Below are positions 1 through 9,100 of a stretch of DNA of 32,000 nt, piece after piece. The notes below the pieces were generated by a model. The model did no database searches. It worked only from the letters and a program-made list of their open reading frames with translations, and was not told where the DNA came from. The DNA lies in the NCBI GenBank assembly GCA_038527325.1, contig JBCBFY010000029.1:2072-34071 (forward strand). The letters are read 5' to 3'. Numbering within the stretch: the stretch's first letter is position 1; every line of letters begins with the position of its first letter. The position numbers and the translations under genes were made by a program. This DNA comes from Cyanobacteria bacterium J06614_10 (lineage in GTDB: Bacteria; Cyanobacteriota; Cyanobacteriia; Phormidesmidales; Phormidesmidaceae).

Positions 1-109
1 ACGCGCCAAGCTAAAAGACATTGCAGCTCGCCACCGCCTAGAAGGCATGCTGTCAAAATCTGCGTAAGACAGCTTAATCTTCTCAAGTACAGTCATTTTT
101 AGGCTAGTT

Positions 110-1234
110 TTAACACTGTAAGTAGCCCTCTAGAAGAAAGTCTTTGCCAACCGGCTTCATAGTCAGTCTTGTGAGCGGCTTGGCGTCGGTCATTGCTTCC
201 AGATGGAGATCGCCAATCGGAGAAGGTGCGGTGCGACCACCGATGATTTTAGGCGCGATGAAAGCCCATACTTTTTGAACGGAGCCCGCTGCGATCGCTT
301 CAGCCGCTAGCGTTCCACCACATTCCCACAGCACACTCATCAGGCCCCGCTGATACAGCTCGTTCATCGCAGCATCTGGCGTCAGCGGCTGCCCGACAGA
401 CACCACTTCAACCCCCTGCCGGAGAAGAGCAGCCTTAGTAGCGGGCTCAGCGTCGTCTTGAGTAAGCACTAGCGTAGGTGCGATCGCGCGCTCCCATAGG
501 TTGGCCTGCAGGGGCAAATTTAATCGTCTGCTCATCACCACCCGTAGAGGATTGCGATCGCCCTTCCCATGGCTAGTTAGCCTTGGGTTATCTAGCCGAA
601 CAGTATTACCGCCCACCACCACCGCATCACACTGACTGCGCAGCTGGTGCACAAGCGCACGCGACTCAGGCCCGCTCACCCAAGCGCTATGGCCAGTAGT
701 CGTCGCGATTTTGCCATCGAGCGTCATCGCATACTTCAAAATGCCAAAAGGCCGATGGTGCCTCACCCGGTAGATAAACGCCTCATTGAGCTGGCGGCAG
801 CGAGCTTCCTCGACCCCCACAGTCACCGCGATCCCTGCCGCTCTCAGCTTTTCGACACCACCACTGGCCTGAGGATTAGGATCTCTCATCCCAATCACCA
901 CACGGTGAATGCCCGCCCGGATCAGCGCCTCACTACAGGGGGGCGTTCGGCCCGTATGATTGCAAGGCTCCAGATTGACATAGAGCGTCGCCCCTTTGGC
1001 CCGAGAGCCCGCATCTCGCAGCGCAAAAATTTCCGCATGGGGCTGGCCTGCTTGAGGATGGAAGCCCTCACCCACAATGTTGCCGTCTTGAGTAATCACC
1101 GAACCCACCAGCGGATTGGGCGCGGTGTGGCCTGCTGCCTTGGCCGCCAGCTCACAGCAGCGCTGCATAAAACGGCTATCCTGCTGGGCATCTTGTTGGC
1201 GGTCATCTATCTGGTGGTCATCAAACGGGGTCAT
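110..1234 (-). CDS. ribD: Bifunctional riboflavin biosynthesis protein RibD (diaminohydroxyphosphoribosylaminopyrimidine deaminase / 5-amino-6-(5-phosphoribosylamino)uracil reductase)
   Basis: 374-aa ORF with an ATG start. The N-terminal half has the cytidine/dCMP-deaminase zinc motifs HAEIFAL and PCNHTGRTPPC. The C-terminal half has RibD reductase-type blocks (GILKYAMTLDGKIA, VVVGGNTVRLDNPRLT). Confidence 0.9.
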   Translation of the reverse strand: MTPFDDHQIDDRQQDAQQDSRFMQRCCELAAKAAGHTAPNPLVGSVITQDGNIVGEGFHPQAGQPHAEIFALRDAGSRAKGATLYVNLEPCNHTGRTPPCSEALIRAGIHRVVIGMRDPNPQASGGVEKLRAAGIAVTVGVEEARCRQLNEAFIYRVRHHRPFGILKYAMTLDGKIATTTGHSAWVSGPESRALVHQLRSQCDAVVVGGNTVRLDNPRLTSHGKGDRNPLRVVMSRRLNLPLQANLWERAIAPTLVLTQDDAEPATKAALLRQGVEVVSVGQPLTPDAAMNELYQRGLMSVLWECGGTLAAEAIAAGSVQKVWAFIAPKIIGGRTAPSPIGDLHLEAMTDAKPLTRLTMKPVGKDFLLEGYLQC

Positions 1235-1287
1235 GGTTTACCGTGAGTTCTGAGAAAGTTTTTGGAAACTGTTTTGGGGGGTGAAGC

Positions 1288-3051
1288 GTGCGGCCTAGGG
1301 TTTGGCAATGGGTAGGACTGGCTTTGCTGTTTTTCTGCCTGAGTGTGGGTCGCGTGGGCGCACAGTCTTGGACAGATTCGATTCCTGGCCAATCGGCGGT
1401 CAACCGACTGCTGCCCGAGGAATGGCCGGTTACCACCGAGACAATAGACACAGCGCCTATCTACTTAGATGGTAGAACGTTGTTTTACGTCAGCGCGCCT
1501 GCAGCGTCGGATCAGCGAGCAGCAGAGAGTCGGGCTCAAGAAATTCAGCAGCGGCTAAACAAACTGGCCAGAGCGCAACAAACAGATAGAATCCCCGCCA
1601 TCACCGTCACGACAGACAATCCCAGCAACCTGCCAGAAATTGTCGTAGGGTCGCAGCGATTACTCACCGTCACCAATTTAGATGCGCAGATGAGCGGCCA
1701 CATTAGCCCGAGCGCACGCGCCTACGGACTGGTCGACACGATCTCGAATGCCTTCGTGCGCTACCGCATAGAACATCAGCCCGACTACCTATGGCGACAG
1801 GCTAAAGTTGCGCTAGGCATTTGCGTCACAGCGGCAGTCATTCAGCTGGTGCTGGCTCGGCTGTCCCGACGCCTCAAGCGACGACAGCAGCGGCTCACCC
1901 AAACCAAAACGCAGCTAGGCAAAGCCGCCAGCCTAGACGAGCACGCCCTTGTACGGTCACCGGCGGCAGATGGTTTTGCCTCCGTTTTCGATTTGCTGAA
2001 GGCACGGTTGGACAATCGTCAAAAGCGAAAGCTCAACGAAGCGGCGAGAGGCCTGGTATTTCTCGCAGAAGGGCTGCTGTGGATCGGTAGTTTGCTGTGG
2101 ATTTTGTCGCTATTTCCCTTCAGCCGATGGCTCACTACCCTGCTACTACAGCTCATTCAGATTCCCGCGCGAATCCTGCTGATTGCAGGGCTTTCCTACG
2201 TAGGCGTTCGGCTGAGCAGTTTGCTCATCGACAAAGTGGCCCTGACCCTTCAGGAGGGCATGCACTGGGCCCCAGACACCTCAAGACGGGTCAGCATGAG
2301 GTTTTCGACCTTCTCTCAGGTAGCCAAGGGGATCGCCGGTTCGGTCATTTTTGTAATAACGGTGGTGATGATGCTAGCAGTCGCCGGGGTACAGGTAGGT
2401 CCCCTGTTAGCCGGTGCAGGGATTGCAGGTGTGGGTATCTCGCTGGCAGCACAGGGGCTGATTCGAGACTTCATCAACGGCTTTTTTATTCTTTTTGAAG
2501 ACCAGTTTGGCGTAGGCGATGTGATTACGGTCGAAGGGCTGACCGGCACGGTGGAACTCATCAACCTGCGGATTACCCAGCTCAGGGACATTGAAGGCCG
2601 TCTGATTACCATTCCAAACAGCCAGATCAGCATTATCCAAAACCTTTCGAAAGACTGGTCACAGGTGGACCTCTCAGTCGTAGTGAGCCCTTCGACAGAC
2701 TTACCAAAAGCGCTGAGTCTACTCAAGCAAACAGCCATAGACCTCTCAGAAGATAGCGAATGGCGTCAGGCAGTCCTAGAGCCGCCAGATTTACTAGGGG
2801 TCGAAACGGTCGACCACCTGGGCATCACACTGCGCCTATTGCTCAAAACACAGCCGCTAAAGCAGTGGCCCGTCGCCCGTGAGCTAAAAAGACGCATGAA
2901 AGCCGCTTTTGACGCAGCAGATATTGAAATCGGCGTCCCTCAAGAGAAATTAGACATTAACTGGGCAGATGCACGCGTGGCCAATGGTCTTAGCCTGGCT
3001 GCTAGCGCAGCGCTTCATGATCCCCCGCCTGCCAGCATCCCGAATGATTAG
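1288..3051 (+). CDS. Mechanosensitive ion channel family protein (MscS-like)
   Basis: 587-aa ORF with a GTG start and a signal-like N-terminus (MRPRVWQWVGLALLFFCLSVGRVGA). It has several hydrophobic helices and the MscS beta-domain block FGVGDVITVEGLTGTVELINLRITQLRDIEGRLITIPNSQI. Confidence 0.85.
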   Translation: MRPRVWQWVGLALLFFCLSVGRVGAQSWTDSIPGQSAVNRLLPEEWPVTTETIDTAPIYLDGRTLFYVSAPAASDQRAAESRAQEIQQRLNKLARAQQTDRIPAITVTTDNPSNLPEIVVGSQRLLTVTNLDAQMSGHISPSARAYGLVDTISNAFVRYRIEHQPDYLWRQAKVALGICVTAAVIQLVLARLSRRLKRRQQRLTQTKTQLGKAASLDEHALVRSPAADGFASVFDLLKARLDNRQKRKLNEAARGLVFLAEGLLWIGSLLWILSLFPFSRWLTTLLLQLIQIPARILLIAGLSYVGVRLSSLLIDKVALTLQEGMHWAPDTSRRVSMRFSTFSQVAKGIAGSVIFVITVVMMLAVAGVQVGPLLAGAGIAGVGISLAAQGLIRDFINGFFILFEDQFGVGDVITVEGLTGTVELINLRITQLRDIEGRLITIPNSQISIIQNLSKDWSQVDLSVVVSPSTDLPKALSLLKQTAIDLSEDSEWRQAVLEPPDLLGVETVDHLGITLRLLLKTQPLKQWPVARELKRRMKAAFDAADIEIGVPQEKLDINWADARVANGLSLAASAALHDPPPASIPND

Positions 3052-3063
3052 ATAACCCAGACC

Positions 3064-3294
3064 CTAGGAAGCGTCGTCATTCTGAATGCCCCCTTCTGGA
3101 AACACCCACTTGGGCCCTTCCTGCGCCCGCTCCATCCGCTTGCGACGAACGGCTTCTTCTGCCATCTCTAGCATGGTGTCGAGGGAGGTATTTTCAATGA
3201 ACTTGGACGCTTGCGCCTGGGCGTCTTTGTGGGGGCACTTGTCTCCAAGGACACAGCCGTCTTTGCAGGCTTCAGCGCAGTTGATCTCTGCCAT
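3064..3294 (-). CDS. Small Cys-rich hypothetical protein (CX3CX3CX5CXH N-terminus)
   Basis: 76-aa ORF with an ATG start. The N-terminal sequence MAEINCAEACKDGCVLGDKCPH carries four regularly spaced Cys plus a His, followed by a charged helical tail. It sits in a clean gap between neighbouring genes. I do not recognise a family. Confidence 0.45.
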   Translation of the reverse strand: MAEINCAEACKDGCVLGDKCPHKDAQAQASKFIENTSLDTMLEMAEEAVRRKRMERAQEGPKWVFPEGGIQNDDAS

Positions 3295-3428
3295 GGCGGG
3301 AAAATGAAAAGGATACGTTTGCTGTTTAAAGTTTACGGGATCGGCTGACCTAGACTTGCCTCTCTGGCCAGATTTTGGTCACCGATGCCCCGGTAGGTTT
3401 AACTTTTTCTGGCCTGTGTTCGGAGTCC

Positions 3429-4580
3429 TTACCTTTTGAGGCACTGGCGAAGCGCTGCAATGCACCGGTCGAGATGGTCCGTGGTGTGGGTGGCCATCAC
3501 GCTCATGCGCAGTCGGCTGATGGGAACCGTAGGAGGCCGTACAGCTGACACAAAAATGTCCTGCGCCCTCAGCTGCTGGCCCAAGGCAAGCACAGTGGCA
3601 GCATCTTTGACCTGCAGGCAAACGATTGCTGAGTCCGTAGGTAGGCGCTTGAGCTGCTGCGTTTGTGAGCTGGGCAGCTCGGCAAGCAGGTGGTCGAGCT
3701 GTTGGGCGAGGTAGCAAGCGTTTTGGTGGAGCTGGGTAAGGCGGTAGGGCTGCTGATTGAGCTGAGCGATCGCACCCAAAGCCGACGCCGCATCCGCAGG
3801 AGAGAGCCCAGTGGTATAAATCCAGCTCGGCGCCCGGTTGCGCAAAAAATCAATCAGCTCAGGCGTGATGGCTTTGCGGTTGCCATAGACCTGTTTGAGT
3901 GAGCCGCGAATGCGTCCCCTCGTGCGAACCTGATCGAACAGCACAGGGCCGGTCAGCTGGGAGCTGACGAGCTTAGTGAATGCGCCCATCACAAACCGCA
4001 GCGCACCGGGCAAATCTTCTGGGCGATGGTTTAGGCTGCCTGCGCAGTTTAGCAGGACGCCACCGCTCGCTGTTTTGGGATAGGTCACGAGGGTCATCAG
4101 CGCCATCAGCGCACCGATAGAATTGCCCACAAAAACAGCGGGCGCTTTCACGTGGGCCTGCCAAAAGTCGTGAATCAGCTTCACCCAAAATTCTAAGCTG
4201 TAGTCCAAATCGGGCTTATCAGAATCGCCAAATCCTAAAATATCGAGCGCATATACCCGGTGCCCTGCGGCGGCTAGCTCGGGAATATTCTTGCGCCAGT
4301 GGCCGATGGCGGCACCGAACCCATGCAGCAATACAATAGGTGGTCCTTCTCCGTAGGCGACGTATTTAATGTCGTAGCCGCGCCAGTCCCAGGTGAGCTT
4401 CTCTCCTGTGTAGGGGCTGAGGAGAGGAGAGGCATCTGCTTTTTTGAGCGTGGCGGCGGGCTTTGGGGCGTTCTTGGCGTCAGCCTTTGGGACGTCGGCC
4501 TTGGGGGCTGTGGTAAAGGACGGTGTGGGTGACGAGATAGAGGGCAGGGCAGGGGGCGTGCTCGGGGTTTGAACGCTCAT
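3429..4580 (-). CDS. Chimeric ORF: alpha/beta-hydrolase N-terminal portion fused to a BioF-like (8-amino-7-oxononanoate synthase / class I-II aminotransferase) C-terminal domain; possible fusion pseudogene
   Basis: Residues ~60-238 look like an alpha/beta hydrolase (oxyanion HGFG in VLLHGFGAAIGHWRKNIP, nucleophile elbow GNSIG). The C-terminal Asp/His part of the fold is absent. From residue ~240 the sequence switches to the BioF C-terminal pattern (ELIDFLRNRAPSWIYTTGLSPA ... VSAVRPPTVPISRLRMSVMATHT). The PLP-lysine-bearing N-terminal two thirds of BioF are absent. Confidence 0.6.
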   Translation of the reverse strand: MSVQTPSTPPALPSISSPTPSFTTAPKADVPKADAKNAPKPAATLKKADASPLLSPYTGEKLTWDWRGYDIKYVAYGEGPPIVLLHGFGAAIGHWRKNIPELAAAGHRVYALDILGFGDSDKPDLDYSLEFWVKLIHDFWQAHVKAPAVFVGNSIGALMALMTLVTYPKTASGGVLLNCAGSLNHRPEDLPGALRFVMGAFTKLVSSQLTGPVLFDQVRTRGRIRGSLKQVYGNRKAITPELIDFLRNRAPSWIYTTGLSPADAASALGAIAQLNQQPYRLTQLHQNACYLAQQLDHLLAELPSSQTQQLKRLPTDSAIVCLQVKDAATVLALGQQLRAQDIFVSAVRPPTVPISRLRMSVMATHTTDHLDRCIAALRQCLKR

Positions 4581-4624
4581 GCGTGAGTAGTCTTACTTAC
4601 GAAACTCTCTCTATCATAAGGCGA

Positions 4625-5461
4625 TTATGAGGCGCAGGGGCGCATGCCTACTTTCTGCAGGAAGTCGTCGAGCCAGAGGGTTTCTTCGAACCGGAGTGGG
4701 GGTAGGGGCGCTTGCTGATAGTTTACGAGGAGATCAGTGCGATCGCAGGCCTGATCAACCACGGGTTTGAGCGCTAGGGTCATGTCGTGGGGGCCTTTGA
4801 GCGGGAGGGCGATCGCGGGTATCGGCTCCATCACATTCCAGGTGTATAGCTGAGCGCGGGGCCGCTGCTCGCTGCGACTGATCAAAATGCGATAGTCTCC
4901 TGCTTCGTCAGGGCCGTAGATCGAAGGGGGCTCCCAGCCTCTCAGCAGGTCTATTTCAACGAGATGGGTGGGGCTACCAAAAATGGTTTCTCGCTGACGC
5001 TCGTAGAGTTCGCGTCCTCTCCCGGGTCGCTTTTTCTTAGGCGAAAGCGCTTCGATGACCGTGACGATATCGCCGTCGAGATCGACGATTTCTAGATAGG
5101 TCTCGTAGATCTTTTGGGGGACGGGGACCAGGACGGGAATGGGAGGATTGAGCGGTGGCTGGGTGGTGACGCGGGCTGAGCCAGTGGGCTGATGGGCCGC
5201 GTGGTAGCCCGAGGTGCGGCTTGTGACTGCAGTGGCTGCGACTGCGTGGGAGTGACGTCCCCAGTCGAGACCGGGCGAACCTACCACGAGAGAATCTTCA
5301 CCGCTGACTTGGTAGCGCCGCTCTCGTAGGCGCACTTGGTAGCTTGAGGGCAGCTGCTGCTTGAGGGTGTCTGCTAGGGCAGCGATAAACCGCTGATGGA
5401 CGGTGGGCCAAAGGTCTGGATGCTCCAGATAGGGGTTCATACCGGGAAAGGGAATAGGCAT
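4625..5461 (-). CDS. DUF4058 family protein (restriction-endonuclease-like fold family common in cyanobacteria)
   Basis: The N-terminal block MPIPFPGMNPYLEHPDLWPTVHQRFI and the core block ETYLEIVDL...VTVIEALSPKKKRPG...Y..K are typical of DUF4058. The likely start is the ATG at 5461 (MPIPF) rather than the ORF-track start at 5470. Confidence 0.7.
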   Translation of the reverse strand: MPIPFPGMNPYLEHPDLWPTVHQRFIAALADTLKQQLPSSYQVRLRERRYQVSGEDSLVVGSPGLDWGRHSHAVAATAVTSRTSGYHAAHQPTGSARVTTQPPLNPPIPVLVPVPQKIYETYLEIVDLDGDIVTVIEALSPKKKRPGRGRELYERQRETIFGSPTHLVEIDLLRGWEPPSIYGPDEAGDYRILISRSEQRPRAQLYTWNVMEPIPAIALPLKGPHDMTLALKPVVDQACDRTDLLVNYQQAPLPPLRFEETLWLDDFLQKVGMRPCAS

Positions 5462-5740
5462 CGTGCACACATGATTCTTACCCTCTATTGTTCAAAAGGA
5501 TGTCCGTCATTCAGACAGGTTTTGCGTAATTTTCCTGAGAAAGGCTGACAAGTTCATACATCAATTTCACTTGATATGGTTACAGCCCTGCTCTGATAGG
5601 GGTTTCTTTATAGTTTTTGAGTGATCTGAAGGCTTGCCGCTGCTTGTAAAAAACTGTTAAGGAATTGCGGATGGTCGGGTTGCCTGTTTTGGACCCGGCG
5701 CGCGGTTGTATGCTGGCAGTGCCTCTAAACGTGCTGAAGA

Positions 5741-6157
5741 ATGCCGACTTCTTTGATTGCGATCGCCATTGTTTCTGGCATCACCCTGTTTGCCATCGTT
5801 ACCATGGTGCGGGCCTATCGCCGACCCATCACAGAAATTCCCTTTCCTAATTCGGTGATAGAAGCCACCTCACTGCCGCTCTCCGACTCTGCCCGGCAGC
5901 AGTTTGTCGCCGCCGTCGGGACTTTCAAAGCCGGAGACTATCGCGGGGCGCTAGACCGGCTAGCTCAGGTGGCAGAGAGCGAACCAAACTGCGCAGAAGC
6001 TTTTCACAATCTCGGTTTGGCCTATGCCAACCTAGGAGACAATGACAAAGCGCTGCGCAGCCTACTAAAAGCCAGTGCCGCCTACGATCAGCAGGGAACG
6101 AAGGCGGGCGTCGAGCGGATTAAGCAAGACTTAGAACGGTTGAAAGCGTTTGACTAG
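5741..6157 (+). CDS. Membrane-anchored TPR repeat protein
   Basis: 138-aa ORF with an N-terminal hydrophobic helix (LIAIAIVSGITLFAIVTMV). This is followed by TPR-like repeats (GDYRGALDRLAQV; AEAFHNLGLAYANLGDNDKALRSLLKA). Confidence 0.6.
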   Translation: MPTSLIAIAIVSGITLFAIVTMVRAYRRPITEIPFPNSVIEATSLPLSDSARQQFVAAVGTFKAGDYRGALDRLAQVAESEPNCAEAFHNLGLAYANLGDNDKALRSLLKASAAYDQQGTKAGVERIKQDLERLKAFD

Positions 6158-6183
6158 GCTGTGAGGGATAGGAATGTTAGCGG

Positions 6184-9100
6184 TTAGCTAAAGACCCATC
6201 GCTTCACGGTTCCATTCAGCTGATTGACATAGTAGAGCTGGTCGTCGGGACCTTCCACCATTTGCACAATGAAGGGATCTTCGATGTCGAAAGTTTCGAT
6301 GTTGCTGATATTGCCTGACCCATCGAAGCTAATGTTGCGAATGATGCCTTGGCCTAAGTCGCCAAAGAACAAATCTCCTTTGTAGCGATCTGGATAGGCA
6401 TCTCCTGTGTACACATCGCCCATCACAATGGCGTTGATGCCGTCAGCTTCATGGTTTAGGGCATACAGTGAGGGGGTTACGGGGGTGCCGCTGTTGTAAA
6501 AGGCCTGTGCCTCGGGCAAGTCGGCGTAGCCGCCCGTCCGCTCGCTGACGCCGCTGGCACCTTCGTAGTAGGGCCAGCCAAAGTTGGCGCCTGGTCCAGC
6601 CGCATTGATTTCTTCCCACACGGTCCAGCCCACATCGCCGATGAAGAGCTGTCCATTGCGCGGGTCGACGGTCATTCGGAAGGGGTTTCGAAGCCCCAGC
6701 TGGTAGACTTTTGAGCGGTTGGCATCAGCATCGCCGTTGAAAAATGGATTGCTAGAGAGGCCCTTGCCCGTGATGGGGTCTATTCTCAGGACTTTGCCGG
6801 AGAGATTGTCGATGTCTTGCACGCGGGAAGAGCGACTGTCTACCCGGTTGTAAGAGGTGCCATCGCCATTGCTCACATACAGGGCACCATCTGGACCAAA
6901 TTCCACAGAGCCAATGGTGTGAGATTCGCTGTCGGAGTTGAGAAAGTCTTGCAGGTTAGAGCCGTCGGGCAAAATGCCTGCAGGGGGTTCCTCTAAGTTG
7001 AAGGTGCTGTTGACGAAGCCATTGAAGTTGTCCCAGGTGCTGTTTTTGCCGAGTAGAACAACTTCGCTCCCGGGGACGGCGGTGCGGTAGTTGTTGTTGG
7101 CATCGGCGGTGACGCGCACTAGGCGAGAGGCCCGGTTGTTTTGCCCGTCGGGTCCTGCCCCGCCTGTGTAGTTGTTCACTTCTGGCGGGTCGTAGGTGAA
7201 TAGGAGATAAACGTAGGGATTGTTGGCAAAGTTTGGATGGACGGCGATGTCTAATAGGCCGCGATCGCGCACTCCGTTCACCTGAGCTGAGATGTCGATA
7301 AAGGGCGTACTTTGCAGGCTGCCATTTTCATAGAGCTTGACCACGCCTCCCTGCTCCGCCACCAACATTCGGTCTGAGCCGTCGGTGAGCCAGTCGATGG
7401 AGGTGGGGAAATTGAGGCCGGAGACAACGGTTTGACGGGTGAGGTTCCGGCTGTCGACCGGGTCAGAATAGAGCTGCGATCGCGGAATAATTTGTAGCGG
7501 CTGGCTCGCACTCGACCAGGCCAGCTCGGCCACGGCGGCCCCCACATTTTCGTAGTACTCCATGCGAATGTCGTACTGCTGGCCCGCGTTTAGGGTAAGG
7601 GTACCGCTGTAAGTACTGGCCCCCTGGTCCCGGTATTCATCAATGATCAGCTGGTTGTTCACCCACAGCCTGACGCCGTCGTCACTGGTGGTTTGAAAGG
7701 TGTATGTCTCTGAGTAAAGCGGTTCGACCTTGCCGGTCCACCGCACTGAGAAGGTGTCACTAGCGATATTCGAAGCGGGAGAGCCAAACCCCCAGTCAAA
7801 ATCTACAGACGCGTCCGTGCGGGTAACCGCTAGGTCAGTGAAGTCGGTGTTGTTGTAATATTCTCCTTTGAGGCCGTTCCCCTGACCGACTGGCGGACCG
7901 TTAAAGTCCCCAATTTCAACAATGCCTCGAAAAGTCGCATCAGCCCCATTGTCATCCCACTGCCGGGTGCTACCAAAGTTCATCCAGCCGTAGTCCTGAG
8001 AACCTATGAAGCCGCCATCGTTGGGTTCACCGGGGGCCCAGTTGGTGTAGGTGAGCGGTTCGCCGCTGACCCATTCGAACTGATCTTCGGTATCGACGTC
8101 GTTCAAGCCTATCCAAAAGCCCTCATTTTCCCCGAAGGTTTGCTTTAGCCAGGCTTCCTCAGCGGCTGCATTGATAGTGACTAGGTTGCCGCCGAGGCTT
8201 CTTGCTTCGGCTTGGGCCTGTTCCCAAGTTTTCGCGCCGTTGGTCAATACATATTGATTGCCGTTGTAGGTGAAGCCATCGTCATCGGTGATGGAGATTT
8301 GGGCGGTGCGGGGAGCGCCTAGGGTGCCATTGCCCGTTACGTTGTCAATGGCGAATCCAAAGGCTTCCTGCTCCTCGGGCGTATTGTCGTTCAAGATGGC
8401 AATGTCGACGGATTTTTGGGTTTCGCCATCGGCGAAGGTGAGGGTGCCAGCGGTGGGGGTGTAGTCTACATTTTCAGTGGCTGAGCCAGCGACGGTGCTG
8501 TAGTCTACTGTGAGCACGCCATTGCTGCCGCCGTTTCGTAAGACCGTGACGGTCGCTGTCCCGGCGCTTTCATCGACGGATAGGGTGCTGTCTTCTAGCC
8601 CGATTAGGCTGGGCGTTGAAGAGGCTGCAATGCTGACTGAAAAGCTGCCTAGGCTGGTGCCAGTGGCGGCGTTGCCGAGGGTGTCGCTTACCTGGTTGTT
8701 GTTGAGTGCGATCGCATAGCTGCCATTGTCACTACTGTCCCAGCTGCCGCCTGGGGGTGTAATCCGATAGCTCGCGGTGCGGGGCGATCCATCGCTGTTG
8801 TTGTTTGTGCTCACTAGGGTGGCTGCCTGGCTGAACCCGTTGGGTCCGCTCACCCGAATGTCTCCATCATCAATAGAAGAGATATCTACGGCGGTGCTGT
8901 CGCTGTAGGTCACTGTGAAGTCGTAGCTGCTAGCTGAGCTATCGACGTTGCTGGCATTGAGCGTTACCGTGGGTGCGGTGGTATCGGTCGGTGGTGGTGG
9001 CGGTGGCGTACTGCCGACTGTGGAGAGTGAGAGCTGGTCAATGTAGGCGTCGCCGCTGGCTTTTGCCTTGTACGTCCAAACGAAGATGGAGCGCGTGCCT

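Noticed and set aside
2-67. Possible 3' end of an upstream plus-strand gene (frame 2: RAKLKDIAARHRLEGMLSKSA*).
   Set aside because: Only 21 codons are visible and there is no motif, so it cannot be supported from this window.
647-1246. Long antisense or alternative-frame ORFs within confirmed genes (for example 647-1246 +, 2316-2738 -, 12436-12795 -, 13725-14060 -, 15802-16224 -, 23092-23496 -, 25052-25384 -).
   Set aside because: They lie entirely inside, and opposite or out of frame to, ORFs with strong family motifs. They are rich in Arg, Pro, Ser and Ala, as expected for shadow ORFs in GC-rich coding DNA.
7912-8271. C-type lectin domain as a possible diversity-generating retroelement (DGR) variable region.
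   Set aside because: There is no reverse transcriptase, no template repeat and no adenine-biased near-duplicate of this segment in the window. The domain looks like a classical EPN-type lectin module embedded in a larger protein.
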